The notes beneath the pieces are model-generated. The model had not been told where the DNA came from. It was given only the letters and a program-made list of their open reading frames with translations, and did not search any database. The position numbers and the translations under genes are program-made. A DNA stretch of 64,000 bases from Klebsormidium nitens (lineage: Eukaryota; Plantae; Klebsormidiophyceae), in assembly GCA_000708835.1 (NCBI GenBank), contig DF236982.1:186001-250000 (forward strand), written 5' to 3'. Each line of letters opens with the position of its first letter. The first letter of the stretch is position 1. Below, piece by piece: positions 1 through 10,400 of the stretch.

Positions 1-315
1 CAGTAGCACGGTTGCAGTTCTCGTGGAGCGCGCACTACGAAATCAGAAAATAATCCCTAATTAAGTCTCCGAGTCAGGTTTTTTGCGCGGACGTTTAAAG
101 CAGTCAAGAGGCGTAGAAAATTTCAAGACGACAAAGCAAAGCGGGAAAGTCTTGCTTCCGAAACTCTTCAATTCGTTACGCTGCACTTGGATGCCTCCGA
201 TTTGAACCACTGCAGGAGATGCTGACAAGTGCTTTGCCAGCTCGGCCCAAATCAAGCGGCCAAGCTAGAGCAAAATAACATTCCTCATTTGTGAAAATTG
301 AGAGGAATGATTTAC

Positions 316-2672
316 CCGGGGAGTCGTCCCCTGAGTGGCAGCAGTCTAGAACGACGACGCCCCACACTCCGGGGCGGAAGTTGTGGATCAGGTCCTTGAA
401 CTCCTCCTGTCCAATGTAGTTGTCAAAGCCGTCGTTTTTGGACACCTTCACGTCCGAAGGGCAAAGGATCTCCTTCAGCCCGTCCCATTCTTCACCGGTT
501 GAGTCTGGGGCCTGGATTATAAAGAAACTTACGGTCCTCAGAAGGTGCCAGGTTTATATATTTGGACTTTATTTTGAACTTCTCACCGAGGTTGCAACAG
601 ATTGTTTGACTATCTAAAAGCCTTTAGGTTGTCCAATGACACTACCTGCATGTTCTTTCTCACTGCAGCCGGCCCTTTCAAGTTCTTTGCATGGATTATA
701 GAGAGCTGCGCTGCTGCTGCAAGTATTACCAAAATGGAACACAAGGAGCTGGTCAAATTCAAGGAGGAGCCAACCGAAAAAAGCTTGAAGTCTGGACTCC
801 GATCTTTGAACTTTGAAAATGGATTGAACTTCTTCCATGATTTGCCTTGGTAGGATTGCACGCACGCAGATCCAAGCAAAGAAACTTGGCTGAGATTCAA
901 GGCAAACAGATCCAAAGCTGAAGAATATGTATGAATGCCTGCATTTTTTGAAAGTACAAGTCTCGAAGCAAGGGGACCAGGTTGAAGGCAGTGTCTATAT
1001 CTGCATAAGGCATGACGTCATGGTGGCTGCATGGATTCTAGGGGTACTCTATCTCTGTAAGAGGCGTTACCTGAGCGCCATGGCCACTGCAAAAGGGAGA
1101 AGACGGCTTCTGTTAGTAGCAGACAGCAGGATAATGCAGCACAAGCTCAGTGCAGCTTGAACCTCCATCTTCATCAAGAAGAGCATACAACGTTGAATGG
1201 CAAGCTGACATTTGTTTCATCTACTCTTACTTTGGAACCAGATCGGAGCAGCCAGAACGTACCAGCGTCATGCACCTCACAGACACGATGATAGTCCCTC
1301 AAACAGGCGCTCTTACTGGCAGAGCCCGAATGCAACAATCAGGCAAACAAGCACCTGGTCCATTAAGCTGGCCTTTGTGAGTATGATTATACCTTCAATT
1401 TTACGAGGGGGGTGTCACTGTGCAGAAAACACTTTTTTTTTGGGCGCTTCTCAGAAGTTCAGGGCCCTTTTACCGTCCCCTCTTCCCATCCCTAAATGTC
1501 AGTCCAGGCTCTCACCTATAGTGAAAGTATGCAATATCCCCCTCCTCGCTGTCTTCAACGAGCTGGTTCAGGTACCGCAGAATGTTAGCTTTTGTTGGCA
1601 GCGCTTGTGGCCGCGAGAAGGGGCCCGCATCTGCTAACACCTGCAGCATTACAGAAGACCAAACATGTTCAGAGGAACAACTGTAAGCAATGCTTTGATT
1701 GCATCATCAGCATTCTGAGCTGCACGCATTGCTGCACTGAGAGCCGCGCTAAGTCCAACAATCTCATATCAAGCAGCCTCAAAGTAGGGCAGAATGTGGT
1801 AAGACTGCAGTCATCCCCCACACAGACTAGATCCTTGACAATGGTTCATTTGTGCTCATGTTGGAGCTCGTTCTTGGCCAGAACAAAAGGCAATATTGGA
1901 GGTAGAATGATCCCTCATTGAAGCTCAAATACCAAAATACGCCTCCCCACTTAAGCTTGTGTAATTGCAATGTACTCAGCATTCCATGCCTTCAAAGATC
2001 TTTCCTGACTGTTTTCTCTAAAATGCCTCTGCGCTTCTTCATTCTAGCAGCCTCTTTCAGTTTTTGTGGGGCGTGTGAATCTGATTCGCCTTGAAGCCTG
2101 GCTGCATCTCTTTGCCAGCAGCCACGCAAAGCCCTTAATAGGCCTGGTGCTCTCTTTCAAGTATCCAGGTCAGACCCCTAGTGCCAGCATTATGGATGAT
2201 ACTGCCGCTCTCCAATATGAAGTCTCTTAATGCAACTAAGTGAAAGCTTTCTGCTGCCGTTGGGCCAGCTCAACATCATGGATCTTCATACTTTGCCACA
2301 TGACAACACACTTGATCAATCGTGGAATCGAAAAATTTCTTAGCACTCACCATAATGTTGCTCCCCTCAAAGCCGTACACACTTGTCAGCAGCTCAAGCG
2401 CCAGCTCCACGTCCTTCGTGCACCCATAGAGTCGTGGTATTCCACGATCGGATTGTACATAGTTCACAGCCACCAAAAGGGCCCGCCGCCGGCCCTTGTA
2501 TTGTGCTGCCAGCTTTTCCAGCTGGCTCCCACCCAAGCCAGCTGTGTCGCTGACGAATGAAGCTAGCTCGCGGGACCCAAAGGTACGAGTGGAGGTGAGA
2601 CCCGGCATGTCTATGTCAGCACTCAGTTGCTGATACTTGGAACTGCCGGGGGGGATGGCCCAGGGACTCCCG
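316..2672 (-). CDS. Metacaspase (peptidase C14), spliced, partial. Exons 2672-2351, 1640-1516, 1086-1071, 511-316. The 5' end is unresolved and the C-terminal part continues toward or past position 1.
   Basis: Spliced translation gives RRRALLVAVNY..LYGCTKDV..YGFEGSNIM|VLAD..PTKANILRYLNQLVEDSEEGDIAYFHYS|GHGAQ|APDSTGEEWDGLKEILCPSD..VVVLDCCHSG. This contains the catalytic His (HYSGHG) and Cys (DCCHSG) motifs of metacaspases. All junctions are GT-AG and phase-compatible. Confidence 0.9.
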
Positions 2673-5149
2673 CTAGGTGGATAGATATTTCCACCAGTTG
2701 AGAGAGAGACTTACTGAATCGAGGTATGTATGAGCAGGTTTATTGCGGGGACCATTCTAGCTGCGCAGGGAAAACAATCGACGACTGGAGGCTGCCAGAG
2801 GCTCAATAAAAGGCTTTAGCTCACGTCGTTGAGGAAGCTATATATCCTGCATGGTCAACCAGATTGAACCAAACCAGGCTGCTTTGCTTCGAAAGGTATG
2901 AAGTCCGTCAGTTCACCCAATGTGACCTGGTAGCTAGGTACCGATGTAAAGCTGCTTGCAGATCCCGAGTTGAATACCTACCTTGCCTGAGACTCAGAGC
3001 CCGCTTGTAATGCCCTGTTACAAGGAGGAAAAACCTCAGAGGATTGGAAGCGCCGGCTGAGTCCCGTCACCATTAGCATTGGTAATTAGAAGCTGCAACT
3101 GCCAGTGCAACCTTAGGAGCACTGCGATTGGACAGTGCCGCTGCGGAGCCCTTCCAAAGCCTCCGGCTGTCGAAACTGAATTAGGCAGTCAGAGCGTACG
3201 CTCGTGGTGCCGGCAACAGAAGTTCGGAACCGTCGATCGATGGGGGCAGCCCCCAACTTCAACCCTCCGGACCATCCGATGGAGGTCGCATTTATTGCTC
3301 TTTGCCAACCGCAAAGTCGGTCCCTAAATTTCGCCGGCGACTTTTGCACGACGCGTTTCCGAACTTTTGCTTTGACACATTCGCCCAGCGGTCGGTCAAA
3401 AGACCCGTTGTGTCAAGAGACCCAAAACGGGCGTACTGACGGTAGGGCGTACGATCACTATCTTATGGTGTGGACACTGGATACGTTCCGATACAATGTT
3501 TACCGTACATATGTATATTTCTCGATTTCATTTGAAAATTAGATCCAGGTTAAGTCGTTGTTGACGAACAAAAGTGCCCGGGAGAAGGGTTGGGTACCTT
3601 GGGTTGGTCTGGGGGGTTTTCGGCTTAACGGCCAGGTGAGAGTGGGAATGCGAGTCGCGACCCAGGTCAAAGTGTTGATTTCAGTTTACGGTTGTTAAAT
3701 GCTGTGCCCCGAGCATGTTTCTTATTACCAAGAGGCTCGGTAAGTGAAGTACCGAATCGGGAATTACCCCGCGCTGGGAACAGCATGACGTCATTGTTTC
3801 AACTGGCCCTCGTCGACGTTGGCCGCTCAGTTAATGCGCTCAATACGCGAGGGCGACGCCATCGAAGATCGGAGGATCGGTCTAGCGTAACTGCTGCTCT
3901 AATATTCTCTTGGTTTTTTTATCAGCTCGAGCCTCGGATACCGAGGTATTAAATATTGGACGGGTTGGTTACGTAGTATTAAGAGGTTTGGATAAGCGGT
4001 GTGCGGAGGGGGCAGATTCTTGGGTTGAGTGAGTTCTTTGTGTTGACCTTTTTCTTGGATATATTACAATAGCAGAGAAATTCGATCAGGAGGGCTATAT
4101 TTTGAATTGGGTCACAAAACTTAGGGTTACGGTAACACGTCAAGACTCAAGAAAGCTTTTCGATCTCCCTTCGATGTTCCTTCGTTGCAAGTTGTACCGT
4201 ACGGTATCGATCCGGAACGGAAGGCCCTAGCTCAGGCTGCTCAGCGACGGCAATGCATTATGGATGTCATAGGTATATACAAGTACGGTAATGAGGTACT
4301 CAAGTTTAGATCCACTAAATCCACCGACTTCTGTGAGTAGCAGTGACCCGTACATCTTCTGAATGACCAATCAGAAGCGTTTCAGAACGGAGGACAAACG
4401 GATCTTCCGGATAACGTCATCCAAGGAAGAGTTCTCGGGGTACATCGCCCTAATGTGAAGGACTTTTTCTCGACTCGGGTTTGCAGTGTTGCACTCTCTT
4501 CTACAATCTAGGATAGGTAGTCAGCAGCGTTCCAACATTTGTGTGGTCGCTGATCGATGGTTGCGGTATCCGCAAACGTACGTACGTAAGGTGACGGAAT
4601 ACCCTTGAGGTATTACTCAATGTTGCAAGGTCAAGGCATTGATCGCGGGATTTCATCCGCGGTACTGTCATAACGCCATCGGAGCCGTGCTCTAAATGCC
4701 GGTCGCGGCCCAATAGCAGTACGTGCACCACCGCTCCCTCCGCGCTACCGATTCCCTAACGTCATGATCAGTGACATTCACTGCTTTCTTTTGGTGCAAG
4801 CCGAGCTGTCGCTGCAAGCGCAGCCTTCGCTTGGAGAATCGTTGCCCTTCATACTTTCTGATTGGATAGCAAGATCCTGCCCCAATCTCCCTTAGACCAA
4901 TCTAGGCAACGCCTGGGAAGCTCTTCTAGCCGGTCAAACGGGTCCACTTGGGACGTCATGTCTTCTTGTCCAACACCTCACAGGCGCTGCACATTTTCGT
5001 CCTTTCCATGTGCAAACGGGCATGCAAAGATCCACATTGAGCAGACGTCCCGCAAGAAATACTACCAGCATATCTTTACATCCTGCTAGGCTTCCATTTT
5101 CTGACACCCCAACGTTCCCGCTTCTCTCGTTCTAACACCACGCTCACCA

Positions 5150-6359
5150 ATGGCGTTCAACACGTCCAGCCCGGGCAAGAGCTGCGCCCGAGATCTCACC
5201 GAAGTCAACGGCAGCAGCCTCTTCCGAGACTTTGATCCATCCGCTTTCTCTCGTTCAGTCAAAAGTCGGGCCGCAACGTCGACTTCCCGGGGGGCGAGTG
5301 CATGGACTCCCCAGTTTCTGCCAGCAGACCCCGCAAATCGGGGGGGTGGCAGCAGGGGGGTGGAAGCGGCAGGGCCTCCAGCTGTGCTGGTCCCCACCAC
5401 CAGCGACCAACTGGGTAACGTGCCCAAGATGCACCTGCGGCGGCTGCTGGCAACAGCTGGCGCACAGGGGTTGGACATTGTTTGCCAGCTGGCGGACACG
5501 GACGGGGGACCTGTCACCAACGACCTGTACCGGGATGTGAGACGCCTGCGCCGATTCATCTGAATGTAGACCTGGCTGATTTGATCCTGCAAGTGGCCAT
5601 CTAGGAGGGGCCCACTGGCAGATGTATGAACTTACTCAAGGATTTTCCACTGCTGTGACATTTCTCTTCATTCTTATTTGACACATCTGCAATGCATCTT
5701 CTTGCGGATCTGTAACTCGCCCAGAAACTTTTGAAAATGCAATGCCAGTTTCCTGATTGACAGTATTTGGTACAATTTTTGACCACCTTTGGTCCTTGAC
5801 CTGCTTCCGTGGCCATTGTCTGGATGAACTTAGCATCGCGCTTTGACGTAGGCCTGATTGCCTTTCTCGGGAGTTGCTGCCTTGGGCCCCCATCCCAGCC
5901 TGGTTGTTGATGTTGATTTCAACTTTCAGGTGTCTACCATGGGTGTTGACATTATCATAGAGGATCTACGGACGGAATCTCCGCATTGAGCCTTTCGGAG
6001 GCTGAGAGATGGAGTGTGATAGACAGCGGCAAATGTTGTCCACCAAAACGTCAGGTCAGCCTGTATCACCTTGTCATGTTGTTCTGAGGGGTCGCATACT
6101 AGTGCCAGAATATACATGGGCTTGTGACCACTCCGTTCCACTGCACAGGTTGCGAACCGCCTCTAACATCTTTGTCTCCATGTGCCAGCTGGCAAAACTC
6201 GGTGGTTTGGATGCCGTACAAGCAGCTGCGTCTCTTCTGGGGGACGACAACTGCCTTGCCAAAGTCAACGCTACCCCCACCCGTGCAGCCCGCGGCGTCA
6301 AGCTTTCTGCAGATGACATTGGCCTGGGTGATCAGGCTGCCGTCGATGAGAGCATCAAG
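5150..6359 (+). CDS. Probable 5' exons (about 5150/5330-5535 and 6149-6359) of the helical-repeat gene below, or a degenerate paralog of it
   Basis: These GC-rich open segments encode the same motifs as the downstream exons: LRRLLATAGAQGLDIVCQLAD, QLAKLGGLDAVQAAASLLGD and GGGSRGV. There is an acceptor at 6148 and a donor at 6360. I could not find a phase-consistent path joining them to each other or to 7456. Confidence 0.45.
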
Positions 6360-7455
6360 GTACTCAAACAAGCCCTGTCTCTGAAACCTCCAAATGTCAA
6401 GTCTTTGCAGTACTGAGGTGATAGATTCGGAAGTTTTGGGATTTCGGTGTTTGAAAGCTCAACCCCTGCAGATAACATCGGCCTCGGTGATCAGGCTGCC
6501 GTCGATGAGAGCATCAAGGTACTGAAAAAGTCCAGCTCTGAGAACTCCTTGCAGTTCCTGGATCCAAAGGATTCCGCCATATGTACTTTGGAGGCCCAAC
6601 CCCTCAACCTTGAGATCAAAAGGCCGCCTCTTGTTGATATGGGGCTTTGCTAAAAAGATATGTGGAATCTGCACGAGTCTAATGCAGATTAGTTGGCCAC
6701 ATCAATGTAAAAGAAATGGCAGCCCCTTTGGCTTGTGAGTAGAAGGCAGAGGGAACGAGTGGGAGGGTACTTGGGCGCTTAGGCTGCAGCGATGCCAAAC
6801 ACATGATGTACTATTTGGAAGAGCTCAAGGTTTGCAAAAGCTGGCTATCGAATGGATACATGGGTTGCCACAACAGCATCGTTGTAGTTTACATGAATGA
6901 CCCTGGTGCTCTTGGATTAGAGCTCTGGTCATACGGACAGCTTGAGCAAATAATTATGGAAGGGGTTGACCTCCAGCTTCAAAAAGTCTCATATATACCT
7001 CTGGCACTTGTCAACAGCCTGCTCCGCTGCTTGCCAAGGAGGACATTTGATGAAAGACGAAAATACCACACAATCGTGAATATGTTTGGTCAAATCTGGG
7101 GCTTTGCTCTGCTGGGAGAGCATACAAAGATGGGCTCTTCCCGTTTCCTTCTAGGAGAGGGGAAAGAGAGGTTCAGAAAAACGAGAGCTTGATAACACAG
7201 CAGCAAACGATGCGTCTCGTCGGCTGCTGGCTGGTTGGGTGATTTATCTTTCTTCTCCGTTTCGCACCGACCCCTCAGCCTGCAGCAGACTGCTTGTCTC
7301 AGGAGAGTACGGACTTTCCTCCGGCAGAGCCCGGCTCAACCTGGGACGTCCAAACGTTTGGTTTCCGCCTCTTTCTTTCACAGAGGCGGAACAACTTTCC
7401 TTCAACATCAGAAGATCCCCTCTCGTAACCAAACACGTTCGTCCGTTTTTCGCAG

Positions 7456-10400
7456 AGGCTGGCTCAGCTGGGGGGCGTTGATCTGGTTGCGAACATGGCA
7501 ACGGCCACACCTGAGATGCGAGCAATTGATAAGAACCTCCGCGACCTTTCCAAAGCGATAGGGGTGAGTCCGGCGCCCCTCAATCCTCACTAAGTCTGTC
7601 AACGGAAATTTCCATGACGTACCAAGGACCGTGGACTTCAGGTTCATGACACAGTCATAAAAGAAAAGGCCTAGCGAGACCGAAACGCACACGCTCTCTT
7701 AACGAACCTCAGTGCTGTCAGCCGTTCTCCCGAGTTACAATTTCATTCATTTCTGACTCGCTTTTTCCCTCCAGCCCCAACCTCCTTTCCTTTATGGCCG
7801 CTCGGTTGAATATTCTGTCTTCCAAACTGTTCCTCCTAGCACTGGTCTTTCTCGCTTTTGTTCTGTATCAGTTACAAACCCAAGCGAGTTCCCCGACTCC
7901 GCGATGTTTCCCTTTCAGCTCGTTTAGACTGTGCTTGTGAGTCACAAAATTGCTACATCTTGTCTTTCCGTCCTACAAACTTAAAGAAACTGCCTCGGAT
8001 TGTCCCACTGTTTCCTTCTTTCCTTGACTCGCAGGATGTGTCTCTTAAGAGATCCCAATTTTTCCTTGTCCTGCCTATTTATGTCCTACTGCTCAATCCG
8101 TCCACGTGTCGAGGCTAGCGCGCCTTCTTGTGTAAGCTAAACGTCTTTTTGATATCTCCAGTGTTTGAGGGCAAACGTCAATCTGGATATTCCGGGCCCT
8201 GAAACTCTCCGAACAACTTCTCAGCTCTTCACGGTCCCTTCACCTCTAGTCCCTCAAATCCAATCCTTGTCTCCGGTTCTTTTATCATCCGTATCTTGGC
8301 CCGTGACCCTCCAAATGATGGTCCGCGCAAACCTCGGACTGCCCTTCGCATTTTGCGGCACCCCTGTCGGCAACCCCGATGCTGTCAAAACACTCTCCGG
8401 AGGGCCGGGTCCTAGGAGAAGCCACTTTTAGAAACTCCTACGTACAGTAACAAATCCCTGTTTGAACCCTCTTCTCCTCAGGCGGACCTCGGGCTGCCCC
8501 CCCAGACCCGCGGCACGCCCGCCGGCGTGCCCGATGACGTCAGACTGACGCTCCAGCAGGCCGGTTTGGGCGCCCTATCGGACGGCGCCAGTTGGGCGCC
8601 CGGGGGAAAGGGGTCCGTGGACCGCGTGCTCGCGACGGTGGGCCCTGCTGGCGCGGAGATCGTGCGGCTCCTCGCGGAGGAGAAGAGCGCCGTGAGCGAC
8701 GCCAACAAAAACGAGGCCCTCGCCAACATTGCGGCGCTGGGCGGGGTGGAGGGGCTGCACGCGGCCGCGATCGCGACAGGGGACAGAGGTGGGGGGACTC
8801 CGACTGAGCACTAAAAGCGTTCCGCCCTTGTTTGGCAATCGACGCTACTGTAATCTATCCTTCAGCGTGTTCTGAGGAATGGTTCTTGGCGGGCGCGGAT
8901 TGAGCTGTCGACAAATTTGGAGATTCCTTCGACAGATCCTGCTTTCGTTAAAACCACCGTCAAGCGATGTACCATGCGTCGCTGTTGGTGCCATCCGAGC
9001 GCCCCTCCACCGCTGATCGCACGGTCTCAATAACAGTGTTCAACTTCAGAAGGCAGGCTTTTCCGGTTTTTCTGTTCCTTTCAACCCTGACTTTCCGATC
9101 CGCTCTTCTTCTCCGGCTTTTCTTCATGCCTCATCTTTGACCCATGACCGTTTTATGTCTCGTTCGCTGGCAGGTCTTTTCGGCGACATCTTTGGTGGGG
9201 TCGCAAACGTCGGTCTAGGAATCCTGCAAGGCGGTTTGACCGGCGGTCTCCCGGGCGCTCTCATGGGGGGCGCCGGGGCAGGCGTCAACCTAGTTGGCAG
9301 CCTGATCGGCAACCGGGACATCGACACGGGGGACGCGGTCAGGGAGAGCAACGTCGTGCTCGCCAACCTAGTTGCCGCGGCCGGGCCCCGGGGGATCCCC
9401 CTGGTCGCCGAACTGCAGAAGACAACCGACGACGCCAAGATTGGGCTGGCATACCAGGCGAGGCTCTGAGGCTGCCGCTCTTTTGTTTCTTATTGGTTTG
9501 GGAGTTGTGGGGTTTGGAAACTCGGGATCCGGAGACTCTAGACTTCCAGGTTTCGGAGGCTTTGGGGTGTCAGAAATTCCGTAAATACTGCCGAAATCTG
9601 CCATGTGGACGCGAAGAATCTTTGTGGGGATCCCTAATTAGTTCCAAGCCGGAGTCGAGGTGCGGCGTGGCGCATTCAGCCTGTTTTACGAAGATTTCGT
9701 AAGCCTTTCTGGGGAGTCTGACCCTTTGGAAAATCTCATACTGGCGCTCTATCTTGCTTTGCTGCGTGTTGCATCAAGATATGAAAACTCGGGTGGTTCA
9801 GCTGAAACATCTGTCCAGAAAAAGTACGCGCTCCACACCCGGACCCCCTTTAACCCCAAACTAACCAACCGTACCCCGGGTGCATCTCTTCTTTCACTTG
9901 GCTCTGGGTTCACTCAAAAGACACGAGAGCTGCTCCTTGATTACCGTGACTCTTGTTCTCACCGTTCACTCTTCTCGGCAGCGCTTGGCGTATCTTGCGG
10001 GCGACGCCGCCCCGAGCGCGGTCGCGGCCGCGGCGCAACTTTCCGGCGACCGCGGCCTGCTGGACATGCTGAAAACTTCCGCCGGAAAGGCTGGCAGCTG
10101 GGCCGCCAAGACCGGGACGACGCTCGCCAAGGACGCCGCCAAGCAGGCGTTGAACGGAGCGCTCGACGCGTTCAACAGCGGGGCCACGTGGCAAGACTCG
10201 CTGCAGGTACTTTCTCATGTTCCAAATCTTCGTTTTATCATTTTGCAACTAGATGGTGTGGTTCCGTTGATTTGGAAGGAGATAATACTGCGCGTGTGTT
10301 ATGAGGAGAGACTATGAGGCAAAAACACGACTATGGGGTTACCAGTATCGCATGAATTTGTGGAGTGGTGTCTAGAATAGAATCTCGCAGAATCAGGGCG

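Noticed and set aside
2673-2770. 42-nt intron and upstream exon of the metacaspase
   Set aside because: It is phase-compatible but much shorter than the other introns here, so it cannot be supported without transcripts.
3567-3680. CCCGGG..CCCAGG-bounded G-rich stretch with weak inverted flanks, as another core-repeat copy
   Set aside because: It lacks the GGGTACGGGTGCGGAGC motif and the similarity is too weak to assign by eye.
3932-3946. Hairpin CCTCGG-ATA-CCGAGG as a Helitron 3' end or terminator
   Set aside because: There is no downstream CTRR terminus and no other element evidence.
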